Under the pieces are notes generated by a model, which saw nothing but the letters and a program-made list of their open reading frames with translations, had not been told where the DNA came from and did no database searches. From Eledone cirrhosa (Eukaryota), in contig OZ024740.1 of NCBI GenBank assembly GCA_964016885.1, positions 172,112,001 through 172,176,000 on the forward strand: a DNA stretch of 64,000 nucleotides, given 5' to 3'. Shown one piece after another: positions 1 to 13,399 of the stretch. How positions within the stretch are numbered: the stretch's first letter is position 1; each line of letters starts with the position of its first letter. A program made the position numbers and the translations under genes.

Positions 1-522
1 CATGGGATGCAGGATGTCGCTTAAATTCCATATGCTGGACGCTCACCTGGAAAAATTCAAGGACAATATGGGCGCCTACTCAGAAGAACAAGGCGAACGA
101 TTCCACCAAGATGTGAAAGAGATAGAGCGGAGATACCAGGGCCACTACAATGAAAAAATGACGGGGGACAATATCTGGGGGTTAGTGCGGGAATGCGACC
201 TGGACTATAACCGCAAATCCATGAAATCCAGTCATTTCTGACGTGTATAAGTTGCTTTATAAGTGTTATTTGTTTTTACTTGTTTGCTTTTGATAAGCTT
301 GCGTAATAAAATAAATATCTACTCTGTTGATTTAATTATATGAACTGATAAACTTTAAAAAAATGTGTTTTTCTTGAAAAATATGGAAATTTCGAAATAT
401 CAAACTCCTGACCACAAACTCAAACTTATGATTAAATAATAGTGTTTTTTTAATAATAATGGGATATAACAAACCATGAAATGACACTTAGAACCGGAGA
501 ACAAAAAATATGTTACACAGTG
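1..522 (+). mobile_element. 3' end of a Chapaev3-like (CMC) DNA transposon; transposase C-terminus at 2-241
   Basis: Peptide SLKFHMLDAHL..NMGAYSEEQGERFHQD..ERRYQG matches the Chapaev3-type C-terminal motif. The element ends TGTTACACAGTG (reverse complement CACTGTGTAACA), followed by TTA. Confidence 0.75.
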
Positions 523-1159
523 TTATTGACTAAAAATTTACTAAAATATACAAGTAATTAGTAAATAGAATTTAATAAACGAAATAGATATTATCTAAAC
601 GAATTAAGCCTATCCTAAAATTATATGTAGCAGTGATTTGATACTCTCCTCAATAGAGTTTCTTTCACACTATCAAGTGGCCACCAAGAAGCTGATTTTT
701 GTGGCCCCACTGATAAGTGGGCTTTCAAGTAGCCAATATGTCTGAGATTTTGACATATCAAATGGTCATCTGCTTATTTTCGAGTCCCGGTGACAAAGGA
801 AGGAAAACTCATAAATAGTCTGCTCCCAGTCAATCCCAGAAGCTGCAGAGTTCATATTGACATGCTAAGATATAGTGGTCAACTGTCTCATACACCAACC
901 CCTTTGAGTCTCTCTCTCTCCTCTCCTCTCTCACTCTCCTCTCCTCTCTCACTCTCTCCCCTCTCCTCTCTCACCCCCCCCTCTCTCTCTCGGCCAGGCG
1001 AGTGAAATTCATTTTATTAACAGAGGTTTGGTAAATACATTTTTAATGACACCGTTGCAAGCAAACACGCATACACATCATACCTGATACATAACATCAC
1101 ACTATTTAACTGTTTGCGTTATAACTTCGACGAAAGTTATATTTGATAAATTAGTAACA

Positions 1160-1642
1160 CTAGCAGAAAAACCACCCTTCGGGTGGTTTTCTGCTAGCAT
1201 GTGTAGAGTGTATATTGATATTATACGCAAGTATATATGCATGTAGATATGATACATCAAATAAAATCGTAATTGACAATATACACAGAAATTGAACGAA
1301 GACTGTGTTACACTCTCTTATGTAATCAGTAACGTAATCCATGATACATAAAAAAAAGACAATATTATATATAAACTGCATTAGGAGAAAATTAGTGACA
1401 GAAATATATGAATATTTATTTAAGCGATCGCTAACCGGAAGTGTTGACATTTGAACATTTTAAAGAAGCGAATCTTTAAATAAGTAATAAAATATATTTA
1501 AGGAACAGCCACGAAATTTAGTAGATAAATTATGTAATATTCATTCACTATTTATTCAAAGTAATCCAACTTATTTTACTAATGGGATAAACAATTATAA
1601 ACCGTACGCAGCCCCGCGCTCCTTACTTTATTATAGTTTAGA
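1160..1642 (-). mobile_element. Non-autonomous Helitron, family H1
   Basis: Minus strand starts A|TCTAAACTATAATAAAG and ends in a hairpin plus CTAG|T (CTAGCAGAAAAACCACCC-TTC-GGGTGGTTTTCTGCTAG). Second copy at 55822; fragment near 17775-17905. Confidence 0.75.
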
Positions 1643-1677
1643 TAGCGGCTTTGTGTTATTTTGGTTTATATATTTCA

Positions 1678-2689
1678 CTAGCAGCAATACCCAGCGTTGC
1701 CTGGGTAGGTAAAATAATAACTGCTTTGATGAAAAGGTGTTGATCTTAGCGACTGCTTCTCATCTATGGCCACACACAGGCCATGCGGGGGAGGGTGGTG
1801 ATGACCTCTATCACTGAGAAACGCGGGTGACTGACGAAGGGGCATGCTGGGGGAGGGAGGTAATTAACTCTAACACTAAGCCAAATTTCCTCACGCTACT
1901 TGATTGGAAACCGATGAATTCTCAAATACACAACTAAAAGCTCAGACGACGTCAGTGGCTATAAGATGGTCAAAGTAGTATAAAAGTTGAACCAAATAAA
2001 TTGATTTATGTGTGAGGTGGAGCCGAGGTTTCGAATTTGAACGAAATCGGTTGAAAAATGTGGGAGCTAATGATAGGTTCTATCGTAGTATAAAAGTTGA
2101 ACCAAATAAATTGATTTATGTGTGAGGGGGAGCCGAAGTTTCGAATTAGAACGAAATCGGTTGAAAAATGTGGGAGCTAGAGCCGAAAAGGCGGAAATTT
2201 GAGCGAAAAGGTGGTATTTTCGAATATTTAAGCAGCTGCCACGCCGTTCCTGAACTAAAAATCCAAAATATAAAGCCACTTTAAGACGTGAAATAATCAG
2301 ATCTACCGTAGTGTAAAATTTGAACAAAGTAGGTTGATTAATGTGGGAGCTAGAGCCGAAACAGTGGAAATTTGAATCTAAAAGTGGTATTTTTGAATAT
2401 TTAAGCGGCTGCCACTCAACAAATGCAAAATATAAAGCCATTACAGGATGTGCAATGATAAATTCTATTTTGCTTTAAAATTTGAACGAAATCGATGGCA
2501 AAATGTGGGAGCTAGAGCCAAAAATCTTATTTTTCGATACCTAAAAAAAGGTGACTCCCCTATCGATTTTTATCTGCAGAATGACCCCGGAATAAAAAAA
2601 CGATACGCTGATATATAGAAAACAGGTAATACACAGACACACAGACAGACAGACACACACACACATACTTAATTTTATATATATACAGA
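1678..2689 (-). mobile_element. Non-autonomous Helitron with internal tandem repeats
   Basis: Minus 5' end A|TCTGTATATATATAAAATT followed by a (GT)/(GTCT) microsatellite. 3' end ACCCAGGCAACGCTGGGT..CTAG|T. Internal AATGTGGGAGCTA repeats. Confidence 0.75.
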
Positions 2690-2930
2690 TTTCCTACGTA
2701 ATCAAGGCAAATCATTTACGCCAGGAACCATCCCATCATCATCATAATGTACACTGTTACGTACTTCTATACTCGGAATCTCTGGTTACCCTGTGTCAGT
2801 CACATCAATCTTGCTTCGGCTACACTTTACATAACAGTGACCACACCACTGAGCAATCCACAAGTGAGTACACACACAACCGAATCAACACCACAACACC
2901 ACCATCCATCCCAGTATTAGCCTCGCTATC

Positions 2931-3005
<75 letters not shown>

Positions 3006-3176
3006 CAATATCGGAGAAAGCTTTTTAGCGATACTCCGGCCAAATTCCAACTCACTCGACAAACATTAGGAAATAAGTGATTATATTCCCAATTATGCGT
3101 TCGGGGTGCTAACTAAAAGTATTACGTGGAAAATTGGCTGTATTATTTCATATGAGATATATCGAATATATCTCTT

Positions 3177-3303
3177 CCCAGACGGACGTCTCGTTTCATT
3201 ATAGGATTCCTACAATTTGGGTTAAATTATACCAATTTATGTAGGAGCTTGTATACCATCAATAGATATATATTCAAGTGGGCTCCTATAATTCATCAGT
3301 GGG
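3177..3303 (-). ncRNA. Type I hammerhead ribozyme with long stem II
   Basis: CCCA-CTGATGA-ATTATAGGA..TCCTATAAT-GAA-ACGAGACGTCCGT-C-TGGG; all three stems pair. Confidence 0.75.
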
Positions 3304-3457
3304 TGCCCCAATAATACTAATATTGATAATCTAACCAACATCAGTATTTAGCGATAATCATCCTCTGTGCCTGAGGTATCTGTCAGGTTGCCAGTCCAGC
3401 AGTTCTAAAGAAATGCTCAAACTGATTCAAAAATGAGGAAGTAAATTACACACACAC

Positions 3458-3540
<83 letters not shown>

Positions 3541-3874
3541 GAGTAGAATCTCAGTTCAAGAACTTAATTCGTTCCCGAAGTCCCTCGTCATCCGAAATGT
3601 TCGTAAACCAAAACTATATTCCCATACGAAATATCAAGAGATATACAGCGAGAGAGAGAGAGAGAAAGAGTGTGTGTGTGGGAGAGAGAGAGACTGCATG
3701 TGACAGACAGATAGATATCACTATAGTAACTAGCTACACACCAAGTGACACTCCTCCAACGATACTCCCAGGTTGTTGCCAACTGTTGTTGGCAGCTTGC
3801 GGGTTCGTTACTCGACACACCAGTCGTGAACCGAGACGTTTTATGTTCGGAAAATTGTTCGTGAACCGAGATTC

Positions 3875-3879
<5 letters not shown>
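3541..3879. mobile_element. Tc1/mariner (Tigger/pogo-like) MITE
   Basis: Imperfect TIRs AGTAGAATCTCAGTTCAAGAAC / GTTCGTGAACCGAGATTCCACT, next to TA. Confidence 0.6.
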
Positions 3880-3961
<82 letters not shown>

Positions 3962-4438
3962 CACACACACATATTTATATACATGCGAGGGGCTTCCACT
4001 CAATTTTCGTCTACCAAATTTCCCCCACAAGGTAAATCTCAACCTAGATGACATTTGACCAGGTTGAGACGCAGTGGTGCTGAGGACAAAACCACATGGT
4101 TGCATAACGAATTCTATAACCATATGTCCATGTCTGTTTATTTTATTGGCCTCTTTCCGATAGAATGCAAAACAGACTTCGACTGAATTAAAACAATATA
4201 GTAATATTAAATTATCTACCTATTCCGACAAAGAACCACTGTCAAAACCCAAACTTCTCTATCTAAAGACAAAAGAAGGAGGGAAGAATAAAAGTTAAAA
4301 AAAAACAACAAAACATTCATCACCACCATCGTTACAACCACAACCACGAAATTCCGCCTTTCCATCGCACTGTCATTTACTTTTACAGCCTCCAGAAAGA
4401 TGGAAGACAAAACCGACCTCAGTGTGATTTGAAATTAG

Positions 4439-4633
4439 TAGGTAAAGACTCGTTCCGTTATAGCGAAATTCACGGGATATAAAAGAAAAATACGTTGTAA
4501 CGAAAAATTCTTTATAACGAGTTCGATCGAAACAGATGGAGCATTTGTTTATTATTACATCAGGGATTGAAAAAAATTTCGTTATACTGAAAAATTTGTT
4601 ATAATGGTATTCGTTGTAACAGAATTTTACCTG
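4439..4633. mobile_element. Probable Tigger-like MITE
   Basis: AGGTAAA..CGTTATAGCGAA at left and TTCGTTGTAACAGAATTTTACCTG-TA at right. Confidence 0.45.
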
Positions 4634-5258
4634 TATTACATTTTGATCCGATGTCATCACCATTATAATCATCACCAACAACCACCTTCCCATCGCACTA
4701 CCATGTATTTTTATGACGACGAAAATGATGAATGACGAAATTGACTGCAGTTGGGTTTGAAATCAGAATGTAAAGAGCCGCAACTAAATCCTATATTTTT
4801 ATCAGATGAACTAATGATCGTGTCAGTTTAATCGTCATGTTGTATACTTCTTTCGTCACAGATGAACTAAACGAAGATATAAACACCGAGTGACCCAATT
4901 GTGTGTGTCGATCTATGTATGATAAAAACCGGACATAAAAATAAGCTGGTGGGTGAAAATAAACAATAAATAAGAAAAGAAAAGCACCTGTTGACAAAAA
5001 TTATAACCGAGTGACTATTCAGCCCAGGGATGTTTGAGTCAACATAGGAAAGAACGTCTTAACAGGCTGCTAGAAATAACAGTTAAATATCTTTCTTAAA
5101 TGTCATCATACTGCCTTAAAAAAAGGATATATTGAACAATAGCCTCAGGCATGACTGATTCAGGAGTTCGTTTACCAACCACGTGCTTCGGTGTTCAGTA
5201 CTGAAACGCGGCTCCTGGGGCAGTGGACTTTCGTTGCCGCAAATTGTAGAATCACTTT

Positions 5259-5341
<83 letters not shown>

Positions 5342-5416
5342 CATATTATAATGAGTTTCTGCCGTACGACTCAGCTCGTACCATTTCGACAGCAAGAGAC
5401 ATACATACATACATAC

Positions 5417-5455
<39 letters not shown>

Positions 5456-5459
5456 CTAT

Positions 5460-6074
5460 AAAGTATGTCCATAGAACCATTTGATAATATATATACACCA
5501 TTTCCTCTCCCAATTAGCATAATTAACCACACAAAAAAATCAATTAGACCAGGCTATAAGATTAAAAGTCACCTATGAAGAAATAGTAGATAAATAAACG
5601 ACAGCAATCTCTTCACGGCCAACCGCCATAGAATATTTACCCAACATTTCAACAGCACGTGGAAATCGATTAAATATACCGTCAACCATACACAATTAAG
5701 TATAAAATTAAAGTTAGTAGAAATACTTATACACATACCAGGATTAGGTCCCTACCCTCGGGTTTCGTCGCATATTGATATATCCTATTAAGGATAAAAA
5801 CTCGAGCCTCGAACTCATCAGGAGACAAACTCGTTAGGACAGATTATTTTCTAAAGTGGCCCCCGCCAGACATGAATTCAAAATGGCTAAGAATTGTGAC
5901 GTGGCAGTGGTCAAGTCAGAAAGAATGTGATTGGTTGCTTACGGCGAGTAATCTTATAGCCTGGTCTAATTGATTTTTTTGTGTGGTTAATTATGCTAAT
6001 TGGGAGAGGAAATGGTGTATATATATTATCAAATGGTGTATATATATTATCAAATGATTCTATGGACATACTTT
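5460..6074 (-). mobile_element. TA-anchored HHR-bearing unit with inverted arms
   Basis: 5460-5574 is inverted at 5949-6074. HHR at 5749-5825. A related copy lies at 8168-8653. Confidence 0.65.
5749..5825 (-). ncRNA. Type I hammerhead ribozyme
   Basis: TCTC-CTGATGA-GT(T)CG..CGAC-GAA-ACCC-GA-GGGT-A-GGGA. Confidence 0.65.
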
Positions 6075-6178
6075 GCTCTGATTATTTAATTTATTAATTC
6101 TTCATTGAGCCACATCGTGAATGGTTGCCAAAACACATATATCTGTGACTTTGTCTAGTTTGCGTATATGTAAATCTT

Positions 6179-6229
<51 letters not shown>

Positions 6230-6241
6230 GTATGTATATAA

Positions 6242-6273
<32 letters not shown>

Positions 6274-6430
6274 ATAACAAAGAAAGTGTGGTAAGAAAGG
6301 TAAGAAACCAGGTAGACCATAACGCACCAGAATAGAGTCAGAACCCCGACGGCTGAGCTCTGGCCGTTTCGACAGCTAGATCTAGCTGTCGAATCGGCCT
6401 GAGCTCAGCCGTCGGGGTCCTGATTCTTTT

Positions 6431-6490
<60 letters not shown>

Positions 6491-6496
<6 letters not shown>

Positions 6497-8150
6497 AATA
6501 TAGACATAGAATATTCGAAAATATTCTGTATGTTTATAATAAACATTTTGAAGACCTAATCGCTATAGAATAGAATACGTCACGTATTACAATTAGATTC
6601 TCGATAAAAGCAAGGGAAGTAATCTACGCGTTTCATTCTCGTTAGAAATCATCAGGACTACATATCCAGTGCTTTTATCGAGAATGACACAGCTAGAGAC
6701 TTATAGAATACTTAGCTGTGTACAGGAACTGGTTTGAAAGAGCGGTTGCCGGTCCGGCAGAAATTAGAAATTGGAATAAATGCTCTGAAATAGCGATATA
6801 TATGTGAATATAGACATAGAATATTCGAAAATATTCTGTATGTTTATAATAAACATTTTGAAGACCTAATCGCTATAGAATAGAATACGTCACGTATTAC
6901 AATTAGATTCTCGATAAAAGCAAGGGAAGTAATCTACGCGTTTCATTCTCGTTAGAAATCATCAGGACTACATATCCAGTGCTTTTATCGAGAATGACAC
7001 AGCTAGAGACTTATAGAATACTTAGCTGTGTACAGGAACTGGTTTGAAAGAGCGGTTGCCGGTCCGGCAGAAATTAGAAATTGGAATAAATGCTCTGAAA
7101 TAGCGATATATATGTGAATATAGACATAGAATATTCGAAAATATTCTGTATGTTTATAATAAACATTTTGAAGACCTAATCGCTATAGAATAGAATACGT
7201 CACGTATTACAATTAGATTCTCGATAAAAGCAAGGGAAGTAATCTACGCGTTTCATTCTCGTTAGAAATCATCAGGACTACATATCCAGTGCTTTTATCG
7301 AGAATGACACAGCTAGAGACTTATAGAATACTTAGCTGTGTACAGGAACTGGTTTGAAAGAGCGGTTGCCGGTCCGGCAGAAATTAGAAATTGGAATAAA
7401 TGCTCTGAAATAGCGATATATATGTGAATATAGACATAGAATATTCGAAAATATTCTGTATGTTTATAATAAACATTTTGAAGACCTAATCGCTATAGAA
7501 TAGAATACGTCACGTATTACAATTAGATTCTCGATAAAAGCAAGGGAAGTAATCTACGCGTTTCATTCTCGTTAGAAATCATCAGGACTACATATCCAGT
7601 GCTTTTATCGAGAATGACACAGCTAGAGACTTATAGAATACTTAGCTGTGTACAGGAACTGGTTTGAAAGAGCGGTTGCCGGTCCGGCAGAAATTAGAAA
7701 TTGGAATAAATGCTCTGAAATAGCGATATATATGTGAATATAGACATAGAATATTCGAAAATATTCTGTATGTTTATAATAAACATTTTGAAGACCTAAT
7801 CGCTATAGAATAGAATACGTCACGTATTACAATTAGATTCTCGATAAAAGCAAGGGAAGTAATCTACGCGTTTCATTCTCGTTAGAAATCATCAGGACTA
7901 CATATCCAGTGCTTTTATCGAGAATGACACAGCTAGAGACTTATAGAATACTTAGCTGTGTACAGGAACTGGTTTGAAAGAGCGGTTGCCGGTCCGGCAG
8001 AAATTAGAAATTGGAATAAATGCTCTGAAATAGCGATATATATGTGAATATAGACATAGAATATTCGAAAATATTCTGTATGTTTATAATAAACATTTTG
8101 AAGACCTAATCGCTATAGAATAGAATACGTCACGTATTACAATTAGATTC
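6491..8150 (-). repeat. 310-bp tandem array (about 5.35 units), retrozyme-like
   Basis: Units start at 6491, 6801, 7111, 7421, 7731 and 8041 and look identical. One HHR per full unit. (TA)n on both sides. Confidence 0.95.
6619..6661 (-). ncRNA. Minimal type I hammerhead (also 6929-6971, 7239-7281, 7549-7591, 7859-7901)
   Basis: GTAGTC-CTGATGA-TTTCT-AACG-AGAAT-GAA-ACGCGT-A-GATTAC; palindromic stem III ACGCGT. Confidence 0.85.
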
Positions 8151-8669
8151 ATATATATATATATATACAAGAAAGTATGTCCATAGAATCATTTGATAAA
8201 ATATATACAGTATTTCCTCTCCCAATCAGCATAATCAACCATACAAAGAACCAATTAAACAAGGCTATAAAATTAAAAGGCACCTATGAAGAAACAATAG
8301 ATAAATAAACGATAGCTATTTTATTCGCGATCAACAGTCACAAAATATTACCCAGTATTTTTAATAGCCCGTGGAAATCGATTAGATATATAGCCAATCC
8401 ATACACAATTAGGTACAAAATCAAAGTTAGAAGAAAAAAAGACATAATTTTGGTATGCTTATATACATTTTTTCTTCTAACTTTGATTTTGTACCTAATT
8501 GTGTACGGATTGGCTATATATCTAATCGATTTCCACGGGCTATTAGAAATACTGGGTAAATATTCTGTGACTGTTGATCGCGAATAAAATAGCTATCGTT
8601 TATTTATCTATTATTTCTTCATAGGTGCCTTTTAATTTTATAGCCTTGTTTAACCCATCAACTTCTTTC

Positions 8670-9210
8670 TGTGGGCTAAACTAGTGTTTCAAATAAATTT
8701 CAGTGGACTAAACTAGTGTTTCAAATAAATTTCAGTGGACTAAACTAGTGTTTCAAATAAATTTCAGTGGGCTAAACTAGTGTTTCAAATAAATTTCAGT
8801 GGGCTAAACTAGTGTTTCAAATAAATTTCAGTGGGCTAAACTAGTGTTTCAAATACATTTCAGTGGACTAAACTAGTGTTTCAAATAAATTTCAGTGGGC
8901 TAAACTAGTGTTTCAAATAAATTTCAGTGGACTAAACTAGTGTTTCAAATAAATTTCAGTGGGCTAAACTAGTGTTTCAAATAAATTTCAGTGGACTAAA
9001 CTAGTGTTTCAAATAAATTTCAGTGGGCTAAACTAGTGTTTCAAATAAATTTCAGTGGACTAAACTAGTGTTTCAAATAAATTTCAGTGGGCTAAACTAT
9101 TGTTTCAAAGTCATTCAGTGGACTAAACTATTGTTTCAAAGTCTTTCAGTGGACTAAACTATTGTTTCAAATAAATTTCAGTGAACTAAAGTAGTGTTTC
9201 AAATAAATTT
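8670..9210. repeat. 32-bp minisatellite (about 17 copies), with an inverted partial copy at about 9420-9587
   Basis: Unit GTGG(G/A)CTAAACTAGTGTTTCAAATAAATTTCA. Confidence 0.95.
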
Positions 9211-9277
9211 TGTTTTCTGATTTTCGGTTTTCCGGTTTTCATCTTCTAGTTTTTCTTTTTAGTTTGTTTTTCTAAGC

Positions 9278-9359
<82 letters not shown>

Positions 9360-10095
9360 GTGTGTGTGTGTAAGCTTAGAAAAACAAACGAAAAAGAAAA
9401 ACTAGAAGCTCCAGATGAAAATCGAAATTTTATTTGAAACACTAGTTTAGTCCACTGAAATTTATTTGAAACACTAGTTTAGTCCACTGAAAGACTTTGA
9501 AACAATAGTTTAGTCCACTGAAAGACTTTGAAACACTAGTTTAGCCCACTGAAATTTATTTGAAACACTAGTTTAGTCCACTGAAATATATATATATAAC
9601 ATATATATTATGCTCATACATATATAAACTCGTAGTGTATATATTATGTGTATATAAGAGAACTAAGTTCCCTTCTAAATGTTTTTATTGGATTTTGAAC
9701 ATTACATATGTTTCATAGATGAATGGCTCTAGGATTTTTCGATATGACAGACCTGACTACAGGAACGATCTGTTCATTAGACGTGTGTACTCAATCAAAA
9801 CATTTTCCTCGCGAGATCATAGAGCCAATTTCATCTGTGAAACATATATAACGTTCAATTTCCAGAAAAATAAACATAGTATTCATCCGTCCCCTTATTT
9901 ATAGTCCATATTGAAATAGAAATGTTACATAACAACCTTAAAACTTAAGATGATGTCTGATGAAGTCGTGTTGGTGGTTGGATGATGACTGCATTGCACA
10001 ATCATGAAATCATGAATCCCACAGAAATATGTATTACGGCAAATTATGAATAAAATGAGCTATGAATATCAGACCTCCGCAACTATCTATTATAG

Positions 10096-10240
<145 letters not shown>

Positions 10241-10544
10241 GTGTCCAAATTATAATTTCAGATTTCCCCACTACAATTTTGATCTATCAAAACATTCCAG
10301 TTTTATCAATGCGAAATTTGAGCCGTAAGAAAATAATTGGTTCTCTGAAAATAAAAATAATCGCTAAACATAAATTATAAAAAGATTAATCATAATATCT
10401 ATTATACATTTGTCTAGCCTTAGGATCTCAATAGGTGATGGAGTTGTGGAGGCGCCGTGGTGGGCGTAGAAACCTAATGGAGACCATCCTTCATCAGGTC
10501 TGGTAGACAATTACAGAGAGAGAGAGAGAGAGAGATTAAGAAGG

Positions 10545-10742
10545 AGAAGAAGGAGGAGGGGGAATGAGGGGGGGATGAGGAGGTGATGGTGGAGGAGGAA
10601 AAGAAGAAGAAGAAGGAAGAGGAGGAGGAGATGAGGAGGAGGTAGTGGTGGTGGTGGTGGTGGTGGTGGTGGAGAAGAAGAAGAAGAAGAAGAAGAAGAA
10701 GAAGAAGAAGAAGAAGAAGAAGAAGAAGAAGAAGAAGAAGAA
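10545..10742. repeat. Compound purine-rich trinucleotide repeats (GGA/GGT/GAA)
   Basis: Directly visible. Confidence 0.9.
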
Positions 10743-11272
10743 CGATTGCATCACAGTGATTGGGTATTTTTTTTTTATTAATATAACGTGAAGGGGTGAA
10801 AGGCAAAGTTTGAACTCAGAAGTCCAGAAAGCCGAAACGACTGTCACAAAGATTTGTATCTGATGCTTTAACAACTCAGCTAATTCATCTTTTACAAGAC
10901 CACATATCTGTTTCCGAGTTAGGGCATAATCAATTGATTCGACTAATATATGTTATTTATGTTGTTGCTTAGCTTCAGATCAACCCTGATTCTCAAACCT
11001 AAGCTCAATATATCTAAGATTAAATTTTTCAACGGGCTCTTCCTACCTTTTTTAAAAAGCAACGGTGTGATTGTAGGGAAATTTGACTGTTATTTCTAGC
11101 ACGCCGAATCTTGCATGCTATCCATTTTCATCGACCTTAGAGATATGAAAAGTAAAGTTAATCCTGGTGAGATTTGAACTCAGAGCATATAGGTATATCG
11201 TTTGACGTTTTACCAATGATGATATTTCAGGGCATGTAATGTATAGTTAATGACACAAGTATCTCTCTCTAC

Positions 11273-11303
<31 letters not shown>

Positions 11304-12819
11304 TCATCTCTCCTCTGCCCTAACACCCACTATTTCTAAAGCACAAGGCAAGTAGGTGTGTGTGTTTCTCACGAACTTGTACCGGAGACTGAACATATGA
11401 ACCCGCCCATTGAGGAAGTTACGTACCTTGTTTTGATAACCCACGTGATCTATGACAGCTTAAGTAAAAATGTGGGTGAAGGCGAAATAAACAAATGTAG
11501 AGACAGAAAATAGTAATTTGTTACATAGAGCGAAAGGGTGGGGAAGGAGCAATCGATTATACCGACCCTCGTTTATATCGAGAACAGTATTTAACCTTAT
11601 CGATTCCGGATGGATGAAAGGAAAAGTCAATTTTAGTTGAATTTTATCTCAGAACTATAGCCGTATACACTCTGTTGGTAGCCAAGTCTTCCGGTCCGAG
11701 AAACCTTTTCTCCCATTTCCTACCAGTTACCAGTTTTTAGGATTTGATGGGCTGCGTTCATCATAGAAATAGTAAGCCTATCAAGTCACTCTGCAAAACA
11801 CCACTTCCTATTTTAAGTTCTTGTTGTTACAACCATCACAAGTTGGCACGCGGCAGAAGGTTACCATAACACCCCACTACATTAGTCCATCTAAATTTTT
11901 CTTGATGCCAAAAAATTATTCTAAATTCATTGGACAATTCTTTTTCCTCTTCTCTAATTTTCAAATACTCCAATACAGCATAGATTACACACACCATCTC
12001 TCCTCTTCTCGACACACGTATTGTGTATACACATACCCACACTAACCACTAAGTCGACTTGCAATTGTTCAAGATGAATGTTAACGTAGTCGATCTCATC
12101 GTTATCAGAGGTGGTGAAGATGAAAAGATCACTTTATCTATCTAGATTTGGTGGTGGTAGTGGGGGAAGCCGATTATATTAAATCCAGTTCTTGACTGGT
12201 ACTTTATTTGATCGATCTCGGGAAATTAGAAAGCAAAGTTGACCTTTTCCACAGTGGTGCTCAGCTGGCGGCGCTCAGCTTCGGCAGTGAGGGGGTGAAG
12301 ATACTTCAAGCAGCTGAAATTCTATGAAAGCATAGAAACTTTACGATTCAACTCTTAAGCGAAGAAGAATAGGCTATGCAATAATTTATATCGAAGAATC
12401 CTAGGGGAACTGGCACAAATTATTGATATTCAACGCTATAAAATATTCGAATTCTATTCCAATGCATATTTTCAAATGCTCCTATCTCTTCGTCAATATT
12501 TAGGATATGTTAATGAGAAGAACCACATATCTTTATCATCTTCATGCAAAACAGAAAAAATCTGCATTGATTAAATGTTAAATTCAAACAGAACTTGGAC
12601 ATGCTATTTTGTAAGTTCCCTGATGATCTTACATCACACAACAAGAGACAATTATGAAAACTGTCATCAAACTCACTCATTCAACATATACCAAAAACAG
12701 GATGAAGGTTGCATCAGCATTGATGACAGAGTTCCAATACGATAACAACCACCTAGTTGGAACCAGTGTAATGATAACATTAAAAAGATGCACTGAGATA
12801 AAGGGACTCACAGGCATCC

Positions 12820-13150
12820 TAACACTGTTGCCCTCATCGCCAAAATAGTACAATATTTCAACACGTCACTTAGATCTAATGGGATCGAGATATACTTTTG
12901 TCCACCGAGATATACTTTTGTCATCGCACTTACTAAATGTCATAGTAAAATTTACTGCATGCGCCAATCTGATTTCAAATTTGTGTTCTTTTGCTTTCTG
13001 GTCAGGAATCATCATTAACACTAATGATTTTACTTCTCATTACGGTTGTAATTTCAATTGATTTTCAAATTATTTTTGACTTGCAACATTAAGCATGTTA
13101 GTTCCCATTGAACTATTCAGTACAATAATTTTGGTTAGTAATCTTTAAAG
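12820..13150 (-). pseudogene. Highly decayed Helitron PIF1-helicase C-terminal remnant
   Basis: Minus-strand translation FEIRLAHAVNFTMTFSKCDDKS resembles FPVRLAFAMTINKSQGQS; an NGT-like motif lies upstream. Confidence 0.4.
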
Positions 13151-13399
13151 ACGAGTACTAAATTATTAGGACAGTAGGATTAACTACGAAATAGACGTAT
13201 TTAAAAAAAATATTTGAACACAAGAACAATCTTGAAAGTCCTCACTTTATTGCCAATATTATCTAGACGTTGAACAATAACATCCCTTTTTTGAGGCAGC
13301 TTTAGGAAAAGTAGTTCATGACAGAAATTTGAATGGAATATCTAACCATTTATTTATTTATTTATTTATTTATTTATTTCGTGATTTAACCTCAAATCT

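Noticed and set aside
1160-1198. Intrinsic terminator-like hairpin
   Set aside because: Better explained as a Helitron 3' hairpin plus CTAG.
8670-9210. 32-bp repeats as a CRISPR array
   Set aside because: No spacers, no cas genes, eukaryotic context.
9955-10020. CTGATGA..GAAA candidate hammerhead
   Set aside because: Stems I and III do not pair properly.
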